A DNA stretch of 64,000 nt from a bacterium. Lineage in GTDB: Bacteria > UBA8248. The position numbers and the translations under genes are program-made. The notes below the pieces were generated by a model. That model worked only from the letters and a program-made list of their open reading frames with translations, ran no database searches and was not told the DNA's origin. How positions within the stretch are numbered: the first letter of the stretch is position 1; every line of letters begins with the position of its first letter. Of this stretch, positions 46,476 through 57,106 are shown piece by piece. Location of the stretch: positions 3,904,001 through 3,968,000 of the forward strand of contig OZ253442.1 of NCBI GenBank assembly GCA_965261085.1, read 5' to 3'.

Positions 46476-47936
46476 TCAAGTCCTTCGCTTCCAGAGGGTG
46501 CCGTCGGGGCCGTCTTCCAGGATGATGCCGGCCGACGCGAGTTCTTCCCTGATCCGGTCGGCCTCCGGGAAATCCCTGTTCGAGCGCGCCTGGGCGCGCC
46601 TGTCCAGCAACTCTTCTATCTCCTCGTCACCCAAGGCCCCGTTTTGGGCTTCCTCTACGTCTGAGAGCGATGCGCTCGCGGCGCTTCGGAACCACTCCTC
46701 GGGCGCATGGGCGAACAGGCCCAGAACCGCGCCCACCTCCTCGAAGACGCCGCGCGCAAGCCCGGCCGCCGATTCGGGCAACGCGCCCGCCTCGTTGATG
46801 AAGCCGTTTATCCGGCGCGAGAAATCGAACAGATACCCCAGGGCGCGCGCGGTGTTGAAATCATCGTCCATGGCTTCCGTGAACTGGGCGCGGAAGGCGG
46901 CGACCGCCTCCTCCACCCGCTCGCGCCAGCCGCCGGAATCCTCCCCGCCGCTCCGGGCGAGCCTGAGCCGCACGTTGTAGAGCCTGTCCAGCCCTTTTCT
47001 CGCCTCGCCCACCACCTGATCCGAATAATCCACCGGATGCCTGTAGTGCGTACCCAGCAGGAAATAGCGGATCACCTCGGCGGGGTGATCATCGAGAATC
47101 GCCTTGATGGTGAAGAAGTTCCCCTTCGATTTGCTCATCTTCTCGTGGTTGATCTGCACGAAGCCGTTGTGCACCCAATAGCGCACCCAGTCGTGGCCGA
47201 AGCAGCCCTCGCTCTGCGCTATCTCGTTCTCATGGTGGGGAAACACCAGGTCCTCGCCCCCGCCGTGAATGTCGAATCGCTCACCCAGATAGCGGCTCGA
47301 CATGACGGAGCACTCGATGTGCCAACCGGGACGGCCTATCCCCCAGGGACTCTCCCAATCCGGCTCGCCGGGTTTCGCCGCCTTCCAGAGAGCGAAATCG
47401 AGCGGGCTGCGCTTGCCCTCGCCGGGCTCTATGCGGTGGCCCGCCTCGAGTTCTTCCGTATTGCGGCCCGAGAGCTTGCCGTAGCCCGAGAATTTCGCGA
47501 TGTCGTAATAGACGTTCCCCGCCATCTCGTAGGCGATTCCCTTCTCGATGAGCTTCTCGATCATCTCGATCATGCCCCCGATGTTCTCCGTGGCGCGCGG
47601 GGCGGCGTCCGCCCGCTGAACTCCGAGCTCATCCATGTCGACGTAGTATTCGCCAATAAACTTTTCTGTCAGTTCGCCGATGGGGATCTTCAGACGCCTG
47701 GCTCGGGCGATGATCTTGTCGTCCACGTCCGTGAAGTTGCACACGAAGCGAACCTCGTAGCCCCGGTATTCGAAATATCGGTGAATCACGTCGAAGACGA
47801 TGGCGGCGCGCGCATGCCCAAGATGACAATGGTCGTACACCGTCACCCCGCAGACGTACATCTTCACGCGCCCCGCTTCTAAGGGCTCGAAGGGCTCTTT
47901 TTTTCTCGTCAACGTGTTGTATAGCCGAAGACCCAA
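46476..47936 (-). CDS. cysS: Cysteine--tRNA ligase
   Basis: YVCG.TVYD..HLGH, GRPGWHIECS, FPHHENE, KMSKS. Confidence 0.98.
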   Translation of the reverse strand: MGLRLYNTLTRKKEPFEPLEAGRVKMYVCGVTVYDHCHLGHARAAIVFDVIHRYFEYRGYEVRFVCNFTDVDDKIIARARRLKIPIGELTEKFIGEYYVDMDELGVQRADAAPRATENIGGMIEMIEKLIEKGIAYEMAGNVYYDIAKFSGYGKLSGRNTEELEAGHRIEPGEGKRSPLDFALWKAAKPGEPDWESPWGIGRPGWHIECSVMSSRYLGERFDIHGGGEDLVFPHHENEIAQSEGCFGHDWVRYWVHNGFVQINHEKMSKSKGNFFTIKAILDDHPAEVIRYFLLGTHYRHPVDYSDQVVGEARKGLDRLYNVRLRLARSGGEDSGGWRERVEEAVAAFRAQFTEAMDDDFNTARALGYLFDFSRRINGFINEAGALPESAAGLARGVFEEVGAVLGLFAHAPEEWFRSAASASLSDVEEAQNGALGDEEIEELLDRRAQARSNRDFPEADRIREELASAGIILEDGPDGTLWKRRT

Positions 47937-48029
47937 ATGATTCTCTCCAGTATGCTCGCGGATGAGGGGGTGAAAAATATGTTTCAGGCTTCGTTCGGGC
48001 AGAAATTTGTCATGCCCCGCCGATGGGCG

Positions 48030-48512
48030 TCAAGGAGACTCCACGCTTATCGTGCAAACCGCCTGCGCCGCGACGCCCTCCTCGCGCCCCACGAAGCCGA
48101 GCCCCTCGCCCGTCGTCGCCTTGATTCCCACCCGATCGGGCGGAAGCCCAAGAATGGAGGAGATGACTTCGCGCATTTCAGGAATATGGGGGGCGAGCTT
48201 CGGTCTTTGCGCCACGACCACGGAATCCACGTTGTTCGGCTTCATGCCCCGCTCGGCAAGAAGCGCCACCACATCCGCCAGGAGCTTACGGCTGTCGGCG
48301 CCGCGATACGCCTCGTCCGTGTCGGGAAAGTGCGCGCCGATGTCGCCCAGGGCCGCCGCGCCCAACAATGCGTCGATGACCGCGTGGATCAGCGCATCGG
48401 CGTCGGAGTGTCCGATCAGACCCCGCTCGTGGGGAATCTCCACACCGCCGAGTATCAACTTGCGATCCGCCTCGAACCGGTGGACGTCATAGCCTATGCC
48501 GACGCGAATCAA
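48030..48512 (-). CDS. ispF: MECDP synthase
   Basis: GYDVH, GHSDAD, GDIG.HFPD, KATTGE. Confidence 0.97.
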   Translation of the reverse strand: MIRVGIGYDVHRFEADRKLILGGVEIPHERGLIGHSDADALIHAVIDALLGAAALGDIGAHFPDTDEAYRGADSRKLLADVVALLAERGMKPNNVDSVVVAQRPKLAPHIPEMREVISSILGLPPDRVGIKATTGEGLGFVGREEGVAAQAVCTISVESP

Positions 48513-49273
48513 GCGGATATTCCCTCTTGAGCATGTTTTTCAAGTTGCATCAATCGCGCCGCGCGCTCCATGTCCCCGAGCGTCGTCACCTTGATGTTCT
48601 GCGCGCTTCCTTCCACGAGCTTCACCCGAACGCCGATGGCCTCCAGCAGAGCCGCCTCGTCGGTTCCCTCGAAATCGTTTGCCTCGGCCCATTTCATCGC
48701 GCGCACAAGCAGTTCACGTTTCGCCACCTGGGGCGTCTGGGCGAGCCAGAGGCCCTCGCGCGGGCGCGTCTCCTCGATGAATCCCTCGCTATCTCCCATC
48801 TTCACCGTATCCACCACGCGGAGGGCCGCAATGCTCGCACCCGTCTCCGCCGCGCCTAGAAGGCATCTCTCCACCAGATCGGGCGTCACAAGGGGCCGCG
48901 CCCCATCGTGCACAACGACCCAGGAGACGTCATCCCCGAGGGCGGCGAGCCCGTTTTTCACCGAATCCTGACGGCGCGCTCCGCCTTCGACGACCTCGAC
49001 GGCCACACCCAAGCCATCGGGAAGATCGGGCGGGTCCGAGTCGGGAGGGACCGCTACGACGATCCGTCCGATGAGGCCCGCGCGTGCGATTCGCAAAAGA
49101 CAATGATGGAACAGGGGCTTCCCCACAAGACTTCTAAACTGTTTCGCCACCGCGCCGGGCAGACGCAAACCCCTGCCTGCGGCGGGAACGATGGCCGCCG
49201 TCTCATCCGGCTTCGGCAATTCGGGAGAAGAACGCGCGCTCTCAGGCGCCGGTTTGCGATAGTTCGGCTTCAT
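48509..49273 (-). CDS. ispD: MEP cytidylyltransferase
   Basis: [30 protein letters not shown]. Confidence 0.95.
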   Translation of the reverse strand: MKPNYRKPAPESARSSPELPKPDETAAIVPAAGRGLRLPGAVAKQFRSLVGKPLFHHCLLRIARAGLIGRIVVAVPPDSDPPDLPDGLGVAVEVVEGGARRQDSVKNGLAALGDDVSWVVVHDGARPLVTPDLVERCLLGAAETGASIAALRVVDTVKMGDSEGFIEETRPREGLWLAQTPQVAKRELLVRAMKWAEANDFEGTDEAALLEAIGVRVKLVEGSAQNIKVTTLGDMERAARLMQLEKHAQEGISA

Positions 49274-50321
49274 CTCGTATTTTCGTAAAAATCATCCGCC
49301 CGGCGGTGGTCTGCAGTACGCTCGTCACGGAGACGGGGATTTGCTCGCCGATGCGATGCTTCGCATGGTCCACCACCACCATGGTTCCATCGTCGAGATA
49401 GGCGACGCCCTGATTGTGTTCCTTGCCCTCCTTGATGACGAACACGCTCATGTCCTCACCGGGCAGAACGACCGGCTTCACCGCGTTCGCCAGTTCGTTG
49501 ATGTTGAGAACCCGCACTCCCTGGAGCTCGGCCACCTTATTCAAGTTGAAATCGTTGGTCATCACCTTGCCGCATATCTCCTTGCCCAGGAGCACGAGCT
49601 TGGTGTCCACCTCCTTCACGCGGGGGAAATCCGTCTCCACAATGTGGATGTCGAGGTCCTGGTTCTGCTGAATCCGCTGTAGGACGTCGAGGCCGCGGCG
49701 TCCACGGTTTCGTTTCAGGGAATCAGAGGAATCTGCGATCTGCTGCAATTCCTTGAGCACGAACTGGGGCACTACCATGGGACCCTCGATGAAGCCCGCC
49801 TCGCAGATGTCGGCGATGCGTCCGTCGATGATGACGCTGGTGTCGAGAATCTTGGCGTGATGGTGCTTCTTGGCGCTCGGATCTTGCTCTTCAGTAGAGA
49901 GAGGCGGTGAATACCTCTTGCCCGCCACCGACCCGAGAACGACGCCCAGAGCGCTGAGGAGCAAACCCATAGCGGCGGCGGCCAAGGGGCGGACGTTTTG
50001 CGGAAAAACCTCATCGATGAGAGCGCAGAGCAGCAAGGAGGCCAAAAGGCCGAAGAGCAGGCCGGCAGCCCCGCCGGCCAGAACGCCGATTTTGAGCTTG
50101 CCGAGTTCCCTCGCGAACGCCAGCAACAAAACGCCCGCCACAGCGCCTCCGGCCAAACCTGACATTCGGCTCGGCGCGAGCAAGGCTTCGGCGATCGCCG
50201 CGCCCAAAACACTGCAAAGAATGATAAAAAGAGCGCCCAGAATCAAGCCCAGGCGGCTCGTTCCTTCCTTTTTCTCCGGCGGTATCTTTTCCACCGGTAT
50301 CTTTTGGGTGGGTTCATTCAT
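49242..50321 (-). CDS. Membrane PIN/TRAM-domain protein (YacL family)
   Basis: TM helices, then [41 protein letters not shown]; upstream of ispD. Confidence 0.93.
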   Translation of the reverse strand: MNEPTQKIPVEKIPPEKKEGTSRLGLILGALFIILCSVLGAAIAEALLAPSRMSGLAGGAVAGVLLLAFARELGKLKIGVLAGGAAGLLFGLLASLLLCALIDEVFPQNVRPLAAAAMGLLLSALGVVLGSVAGKRYSPPLSTEEQDPSAKKHHHAKILDTSVIIDGRIADICEAGFIEGPMVVPQFVLKELQQIADSSDSLKRNRGRRGLDVLQRIQQNQDLDIHIVETDFPRVKEVDTKLVLLGKEICGKVMTNDFNLNKVAELQGVRVLNINELANAVKPVVLPGEDMSVFVIKEGKEHNQGVAYLDDGTMVVVDHAKHRIGEQIPVSVTSVLQTTAGRMIFTKIRDEAELSQTGA

Positions 50322-50523
50322 ATATATATCCCTCGCAATATCTCATACGATTAAAACAACAATGACATATTAAGATAACCTTGCTTCGTCATGGTTTCGG
50401 GCGGAATTCAAAACGCCTCAGGTGATGAAATGCCCGGCTCAGGACATGTCACCTCCGGCGTCGGGCAAAGGGCGAAAGCGAATCAGGCGCGTGGTCCCCA
50501 AAATGAAGACATATGAAAAACGA

Positions 50524-51009
50524 TTACTCTCCTTCCAGAATGAAATCCCCGCTCTTTCCACCCGTCTTCCTCGTCAGCCGGATTCCCGAGAGCACCATAT
50601 CCTTGTCCACCGCCTTGCACATGTCGTAGACGGTCAGGCCCGCTACGCTCACGGCGGTCAGGGCTTCCATCTCTACGCCCGTTCTGTCGTGCGCGCGCAC
50701 GGCTGCCTCGATGCGAAGCAGGCCGAGCGGCTCATCCGCCGAGAAGTCTACCTCTACACTCGATATGCGCAGCGGATGACACATCGGGATGAGGTTCGCG
50801 CACTGTTTGGCCGCCATGACGCCGGCGATGCGCGCCGTGCCCAGCACGTCGCCCTTGGGCAGGCCGCCGGTGAGGATGAGGCTCAGGGTTTCGGGCGCCA
50901 TCTCCAGACGACCGCGCGCCACGGCCTCGCGGCGGGTAATTTCCTTCTCCCCGACGTCCACCATCCTGGCGTGGCCCTGCTCGTCGATATGTGTGAGTTC
51001 CTGGGGCAC
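50524..51009 (-). CDS. moaC: Cyclic pyranopterin monophosphate synthase
   Basis: [34 protein letters not shown]; GTG start at 51009. Confidence 0.96.
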   Translation of the reverse strand: MPQELTHIDEQGHARMVDVGEKEITRREAVARGRLEMAPETLSLILTGGLPKGDVLGTARIAGVMAAKQCANLIPMCHPLRISSVEVDFSADEPLGLLRIEAAVRAHDRTGVEMEALTAVSVAGLTVYDMCKAVDKDMVLSGIRLTRKTGGKSGDFILEGE

Positions 51010-51368
51010 CGATAACGCCTCCCGGCAGACCAAGTGGAGCGGACGGTTCCACCTTTTGGGACAAATTACATGGGATCATCATACAACAGGAGCGTGAAAC
51101 ATCAAAGGAAAAGAAACAAGGGGTTTTGGAGGTGGGGAGTGTTTAGGCATCACCTTGGGAATAGCTATTAGAGAGAGGATTGGCATTGACTCTTGAAATG
51201 CGCCATTATTAGAAAAACACGAGGTGGAGTTAATATAAGAAAGCGAGGGCGACTACATAAGTCATATCGCGCCGCCGTTTCTGATAATTAGGTGGATGAA
51301 CTCCGCGCCGAGAAGATGACAGAACTCCTCGGCAGTGGCACCATGACCATTGTGGAGGTAACGGTGTG

Positions 51369-52364
51369 ATGGCACAAGCGGACCTAATTATCAAGCTGAT
51401 TAAAAGCGCGAGCAACGCTGACCAAGTTGCTTTCCAAAAGGCAGCAGAGGATTTAATCGCGGAAGAAAAACGTAAAGGTCACCGCATTCTAGCGGATAGG
51501 ATGTATAAAGCACTGCGTCCTGCGCGCAATGGCAACGCCAAGCAGACTATAAATAGAGCACAAAGGCCACAGGACGAATTGTTTTATGAAATCATTCCTG
51601 AGCGGGAACTCAAGGGGCTGTTTTTGCCTCCCATTGTTGAAGAACAGATACGCGAAGTGATTGAGGAACAACACCGCTCGGAATTACTCCATTCATACAA
51701 CTTAAAAGCGAGACATCGCCTCCTATTTACGGGGCCACCAGGCAACGGAAAAACCACTCTTGCGGAAGCTCTCGCTTTTGAATTGATGTATCCGTTGATC
51801 GTAATCCGTTATGAATCCCTCATCGGGAGTTACCTAGGTGAGACATCAAGCCGCATCAAAAATGTTCTCGAGTATGCAAAAACCCAACGCTGCGTATTGT
51901 TCTTCGATGAATTTGAAACCTTGGGGAAAGAGCGTGGCGATACCCGCGAAACAGGAGAAATAAAGCGCATCGTCAGTTCCCTGCTGTTGCAAACAGACGC
52001 ATTACCGGATTATGTCGTGTTGGTGGCAGCCAGTAACCACCCTGAACTATTAGACAGGGCCGTGTGGCGCAGGTTCCAAGTGAAAGTGGAGCTTCCCCGC
52101 CCCAGTCGCAAGCAGTTGTGCGTGATGATTGATTCAATTACAAAACGCTGCGGAACAAATTTTGGCTACGCTGCCGAAACGCTGGCAAAAGCCTTATTGG
52201 GCAGCAGCTATGCGGAAACCGAGCAGTTTTGTCTGGATGTTGTGCGCCGCGCTGTATTGTTGCATCAAAATGACAATGCGAAAAAAATCACTGAACGCAA
52301 ACTCAAGCAGTTGAAAGCTCAAGTAGGACCTGCTTCAAATGAAGAATCGATAAATGGCGGATAG
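51369..52364 (+). CDS. AAA+ ATPase, IetA-like
   Basis: Walker A GPPGNGKT, Walker B LFFDEFE, ASNHPELLDRAVWRRF; RBS GGAGG; overlaps the S8 gene by 11 bp. Confidence 0.88.
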   Translation: MAQADLIIKLIKSASNADQVAFQKAAEDLIAEEKRKGHRILADRMYKALRPARNGNAKQTINRAQRPQDELFYEIIPERELKGLFLPPIVEEQIREVIEEQHRSELLHSYNLKARHRLLFTGPPGNGKTTLAEALAFELMYPLIVIRYESLIGSYLGETSSRIKNVLEYAKTQRCVLFFDEFETLGKERGDTRETGEIKRIVSSLLLQTDALPDYVVLVAASNHPELLDRAVWRRFQVKVELPRPSRKQLCVMIDSITKRCGTNFGYAAETLAKALLGSSYAETEQFCLDVVRRAVLLHQNDNAKKITERKLKQLKAQVGPASNEESINGG

Positions 52365-55134
52365 GCTTCCACTTTTAATCTTCCCCCAACCCAGAGCATT
52401 CAGCCCACCCGGAGGTCGGGGGTTCCCACCCCGAAAACCTCACTACCCCGGCCATGCTCGACAAATCGAGCGGGTGAGTGAACAACTTGCTCAGTTGGAA
52501 GAGGACTTCTCCCGCTATAAAGCTATGGTCAGCGAAGGTGTGGCCGGACTTGAACCGGAAACAGTGCTGGTTATTGAAATTGTCGGGAGAGTCGAAGATT
52601 TCAAACAAGCGATTGACAATACCGATGGACTGGAATGGCTCGGAGAATGGGACATTGAGGAAATCGAGCCTGATGAAGATTTTTATGAAATCCCGACAAT
52701 TGGTGTATCTTTTTTCAAGAACAAAATAAATATCACCAAAGAAAAATCAAAAGAAATCAAGAAAGCCCTCGAACAATGCGAAATTATAGATGATAAAGGA
52801 AATCTAATTACAGAGGATTTATCAAAACTATCATTGCCTGCTGATTTGGCATCCCTTGAGAACGATATCGTCGACAGTATAACCAACGCCCTTAAAGATA
52901 AGTCGCTGGATGGCCGATTATTTCTGTCCATGGTCAATCAACAAGGCATGGATGAACTATTGTCGCTCTGGAAGAAGCAGGAACAAGAACGGCAGGTCCC
53001 GGCCAAATGGCGTGATGTTTTCAAATGTCTGAAGAAAATCAGGCGCTGGGGCATAAAAGAAACTTTGATTGAAACGGGTATGAAAGAATACTTTGAAAAT
53101 TTCCTGGACGATCAAACAGCCAGTTTTCAAGTTGAATGTTTTTACCACCAGAATGAGGCTACGCGCAGAAGAGTTGAAAGCAACATAAACCAATTGATAA
53201 GTGATTCCGGTGGTGAATTGCTCAGCCCTTTTATTGATATGCCCGACATTGCATTTCATGCTGTAAAGGCCCGCTTGCCTGTTGCTCAAATCAAAGCATT
53301 GATGGAAAAAACGGAAAAAGAAACAGAGAATCCACATCTTTTTATCTACCCAAATGTAATGTATTTTCGGCAAACGGGACAAAACATTATTTCCACCGCC
53401 GAGGGTGATGGAGAGGAAGCAGAATATCCCCAAACAGAAGCGGAACAGCCACCTGTAGCCGCTATTCTGGACGGCGCACCCAATTTGCAACATAACGCAT
53501 TAGAAAATTTCATTGATTTTGATGACCCCTTTAATTTGACGGAAAAGTATCTGCCGGGTGAACGCCGACATGGAACGGCGATGGCCTCACTGGTGATTCA
53601 TGGTGATCGCTCAGATGAGACAACCAGCCCGATTCTCAGCAAAGTGCATCATGTGGTAATTACGCAGCCAAACGAACAGAGAAGATATTTAGGCGAGAAG
53701 GATGAACATTTCCCCGAAGACTGCTTCTTCGAAGACAGAATAGAGCAGGCTGTGCGCCGTATATTAGAGGGTGATGGCCAAGTGGAAGCCCTAGCACCTA
53801 CCGTCAAGATCGTCAATTTGTCCCTGGGTGATCCAACTCGCCTGTTTATTCATACGCCCAGCCCCTGGGCAAGATTGCTCGACTGGCTCTCATGGAAATA
53901 TCGTGTTCTGTTTTGCGTCAGCGCCGGCAATTATACCGGTAACTACGACTTCGGCATTCCTTATTCTGAATATCTAGGGAATAGAGACGAAGAAAAAAAA
54001 CGCCTATTACTGCAGGCTATACAGAACGGGTTATCCGAGAGACGCTTACTTGCCCCCGCAGAGTCTATCAATGCACTCACCGTAGGCGCCTTGCACCAAG
54101 ATGAAAGTGGGGATGACTATCATTTGGGACAGCGAGTTAATTTGTTGCCAGACAACAACTTGCTAAGCCCGATATCGCGTTTGGGCCACGGTTTCAGACG
54201 ATCTGTTAAACCTGAAATTTACTTTCCGGGTGGACGGCAGCTATATTCGAAACCCCTTTTATCAACCGACAGTAACTTTGGCATCGATAACGCCACCAGG
54301 GAGCCAGGCCAAAAAGTTGCGTATGATAGTGACCAACAAGGAGAATTATCCAGATATGTGTTTAGCAGGGGGACGAGTAATGCGACCGCTTTGGCAACAC
54401 GGACTGGTGTACTAATTCATGAGAGCTTGAGTCAATTAAACACCGAAAACCAAAGACGAATTCCTGACGATTCAATGGCCGTGCTAATAAAAACCTTGTT
54501 AGTACATGGCGGCGTACAGAACAGAGAAGCCCAGCAAGCCCTCATAAACTTAAACAACCAGAGCAACACACGAAAATCAAAAACTGATTTGGCACGATAT
54601 CTAGGCTATGGGACAGTGGATATAGCGCGAGCATTAGGCTGCACTGAACAACGTGGGACCGTTATTGGATTCAGTGAAATAGGAACCGATGAAATTCACG
54701 AATACCGCTTCCCTGTTCCCGAGGAATTTGGCGGGCAGAAAACTTTTCGTCGCATGATAGTCACGCTTGCGTGGTTCACTCCCATCAACCCAAGGCATCG
54801 ATATCTCAGGGAAGCAAAACTAGAGATACAATCGAGCGAAAAATGGGGCGATACACCTTTGGAGCTTAATCGCACCGATGGCGATCATTATCAGGTTAAA
54901 CGCGGCACGGTTCAGCATGAGATATTAGAAGGGGAAGACCAATTAGCGGCGTTTCTAGAAGATGAAGAAATCGTTTTACGGGTTACCTGTAAAAAAGACG
55001 CTACCGAAAGTTTGGAAGATTCCATACCCTATGGCTTGGCTGTAACACTCGAAGCTGCTGAAGAAAGCAATATACCTGTCTACGAAAAAATCAGGGAACG
55101 ATTATCTGCACAAATAGTAATCCCTACATCCTAA
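52354..55134 (+). CDS. S8 subtilisin-family serine protease, IetS-like
   Basis: Triad AILDG / RHGTAMA / GTSNATA, oxyanion SAGN, NLSLG; no signal peptide; downstream of an AAA ATPase. Confidence 0.88.
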   Translation: MADRLPLLIFPQPRAFSPPGGRGFPPRKPHYPGHARQIERVSEQLAQLEEDFSRYKAMVSEGVAGLEPETVLVIEIVGRVEDFKQAIDNTDGLEWLGEWDIEEIEPDEDFYEIPTIGVSFFKNKINITKEKSKEIKKALEQCEIIDDKGNLITEDLSKLSLPADLASLENDIVDSITNALKDKSLDGRLFLSMVNQQGMDELLSLWKKQEQERQVPAKWRDVFKCLKKIRRWGIKETLIETGMKEYFENFLDDQTASFQVECFYHQNEATRRRVESNINQLISDSGGELLSPFIDMPDIAFHAVKARLPVAQIKALMEKTEKETENPHLFIYPNVMYFRQTGQNIISTAEGDGEEAEYPQTEAEQPPVAAILDGAPNLQHNALENFIDFDDPFNLTEKYLPGERRHGTAMASLVIHGDRSDETTSPILSKVHHVVITQPNEQRRYLGEKDEHFPEDCFFEDRIEQAVRRILEGDGQVEALAPTVKIVNLSLGDPTRLFIHTPSPWARLLDWLSWKYRVLFCVSAGNYTGNYDFGIPYSEYLGNRDEEKKRLLLQAIQNGLSERRLLAPAESINALTVGALHQDESGDDYHLGQRVNLLPDNNLLSPISRLGHGFRRSVKPEIYFPGGRQLYSKPLLSTDSNFGIDNATREPGQKVAYDSDQQGELSRYVFSRGTSNATALATRTGVLIHESLSQLNTENQRRIPDDSMAVLIKTLLVHGGVQNREAQQALINLNNQSNTRKSKTDLARYLGYGTVDIARALGCTEQRGTVIGFSEIGTDEIHEYRFPVPEEFGGQKTFRRMIVTLAWFTPINPRHRYLREAKLEIQSSEKWGDTPLELNRTDGDHYQVKRGTVQHEILEGEDQLAAFLEDEEIVLRVTCKKDATESLEDSIPYGLAVTLEAAEESNIPVYEKIRERLSAQIVIPTS

Positions 55135-55178
55135 CCTTCTAACAAGCAATCCTATATAGTATCTCCATCCGCCCCACC

Positions 55179-55733
55179 CTACAGCTTCGCGAGTGTGAGG
55201 CCCTGTTGTTTCTGGTACTTGCCCTTCTTGTCGGCGTAGGAGATCTCGCACTCCTCGTCGCTCTCGAAGAACAGCACCTGCGCGATGCCCTCGTTCGCGT
55301 ATATCTTGGCGGGCAGGGGCGTGGTGTTCGACACCTCGAGGGTGGCGAAGCCCTCCCATTCCGGTTCGAAGGGCGTGACGTTGACGATGATGCCGCAGCG
55401 CGCGTAGGTGCTCTTGCCGACGCAGACGGTGAGCACGCTTCTGGGGATGCGGAAATACTCCACCGTCTTGGCGAGGACGAAGGAATTGGGCGGGATGATG
55501 CAGGTATCGGCCTTGACGTGGATGAGCGAGCGCTCGTCGAAATTTTTGGGATCCACGATCGTCGAGTTCACGTTCGTGAAGATCATGAACTCATCGGCGA
55601 TGCGGATGTCGTACCCATAGGAGGAGACGCCGTAGGAGATGGCGCCATCGCGCACCTGTTTGTCCTCGAAGGGCTCGATCATGCCGTGCTCGCGCGACAT
55701 CTTCGATATCCACTTGTCTGATTTGATCGACAT
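55179..55733 (-). CDS. dcd: dCTP deaminase
   Basis: [42 protein letters not shown]; start moved to 55733. Confidence 0.96.
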   Translation of the reverse strand: MSIKSDKWISKMSREHGMIEPFEDKQVRDGAISYGVSSYGYDIRIADEFMIFTNVNSTIVDPKNFDERSLIHVKADTCIIPPNSFVLAKTVEYFRIPRSVLTVCVGKSTYARCGIIVNVTPFEPEWEGFATLEVSNTTPLPAKIYANEGIAQVLFFESDEECEISYADKKGKYQKQQGLTLAKL

Positions 55734-56004
55734 CGCGTGAACTCCGTCTGGCCGGGCGCAGGGTAAAACCCGGATTCCTCCCGAAACTGCAAACCCGAAA
55801 ACGATGAATTCGCAATGTTTCGGGGATGAAATTCCCGGACATATAATATCTGGGGGCGAGAGGAGACCAACTCCCCCCACCCCCAGATGACCGCCCCTGT
55901 CCGCCCGAAACGGGGGCGATCCGACAAGCGCTTCTCCTGTTCGAAACACGAGAGATGCGCTTGGGATTCTCTCTAACCACCATGTTTCGAGGGAGATTAT
56001 ATAA

Positions 56005-56062
56005 ACACAAGATATAGTGCCCCGTCAACGATTTTTTTACTCAAAAACACCATTTGTTGTGG
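56005..56062. promoter_or_regulatory. Tandem NrdR-like boxes upstream of dcd
   Basis: ACACAAGATATAGTGC (56005-56020) and ACACCATTTGTTGTGG (56047-56062) against consensus acaCwAtATaTwGtgt; starts 42 bp apart. Confidence 0.65.
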
Positions 56063-56121
56063 ATAGGCCGTGCAAGTCCTGGGGATACCCAGGGGAGAAA
56101 CTGTGGAAAAAATGTGAATAG
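56058..56121. promoter_or_regulatory. Phased DnaA-box-like array
   Basis: TGTGGATAG (56058), TGGGGATAC (56080), TGTGGAAAA (56102), TGTGAATAG (56113) against TGTGGATAA; offsets are multiples of 11. Confidence 0.5.
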
Positions 56122-56146
56122 CGCGCGACGCCGGCCGCGCGCCCGT

Positions 56147-56995
56147 TTATCTGAACCGATCCGCATGCACCTTGACCTTTGCTCCCTCGCTTAAGCGCCT
56201 GAGCAGAGCCTCGTATCTCTCGCTTCGCTTGAGCTCTGAATAAACGAGCTTTACGTCGTCCTTGACGTCCTCATACTTCGCATCCGCAGCCCCTACGCGC
56301 TCGAGCACGCGAATCAACTGCCAGCCGACGGAGGTTCGAATCGGATCGCTCGGCTGGCCGATGGGCAATTTGAACGCCACGTCTTCGAGCGCCTTGTCCA
56401 ACGCTCCCCGCTCGGCGGTACCCATCATCCCGCCCGAGTCGCGCGTACCCTCGAAGATGGAACTATGCCTCGCCACCTGCGCGAAAGGCGTCCCTTTTCT
56501 CAATTCGGCGACGGCGTCCCACGCCTCTTTTTCGGTTTTAAGCACGATGTGGGCGAGGGTGACCGACTCCCTGCGGCGGAACCGCTCCTTGTTGGCGAGG
56601 AAAAAATCGCGCAACTGCTGCTCGGACGCTCCCGCCGCCTCCGCGTCGCGTCTCAGGCACTCCTCGATGACGAGCCTTCGCTTCAGGCGCTCGATCCGTT
56701 TTCGGATCTGGGGGGATCCATCTATTTTCTGGCGAACCGCTTCCTGATACAGGAGTTCCCCCTGCACGAGGCCTTCGAGGAACCGTCCCTTGTTCTGGCG
56801 AATGCGGATGCGCACGGCGGGAGCGAGTTCTCTGAGCCTGGCTTCAATTTCTCCCAAGGTGATTTTCTTCTCGTTCACCTCGATGACGACCTGGTCCAAA
56901 TCTTTCATGGAGAGGTCGCCTTTCTTGCTCGCCCCTTCGGCGCCAAGACCTCCGAACAACACGATCGCCGCGATCAGCGCAAATATTTTTTTCAT
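56147..56995 (-). CDS. Exported parvulin-type peptidyl-prolyl isomerase
   Basis: Signal peptide MKKIFALIAA; AHIVL, F..VA..SS, GG.MG, S.PIRT..GW.LI. Confidence 0.85.
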   Translation of the reverse strand: MKKIFALIAAIVLFGGLGAEGASKKGDLSMKDLDQVVIEVNEKKITLGEIEARLRELAPAVRIRIRQNKGRFLEGLVQGELLYQEAVRQKIDGSPQIRKRIERLKRRLVIEECLRRDAEAAGASEQQLRDFFLANKERFRRRESVTLAHIVLKTEKEAWDAVAELRKGTPFAQVARHSSIFEGTRDSGGMMGTAERGALDKALEDVAFKLPIGQPSDPIRTSVGWQLIRVLERVGAADAKYEDVKDDVKLVYSELKRSERYEALLRRLSEGAKVKVHADRFR

Positions 56996-57106
56996 ACCCG
57001 TCTCATTCCTCTTCACTGTGAATCCCGAAAACAATCTCGAAAAATCAACACTTAATATACCGGTAAACGGCGGCGAGCGAAAATTGTTTTTCCGGGCCGG
57101 ACATCC

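Noticed and set aside
55128-55178. Integron attC site after the S8 protease gene (CCTAAC/TCTAAC)
   Set aside because: No proper RYYYAAC/GTTRRRY pair or attC hairpin, and no integrase.
55960-56146. oriC
   Set aside because: No perfect DnaA box, no clear unwinding element, and no dnaA/dnaN/gidA nearby.
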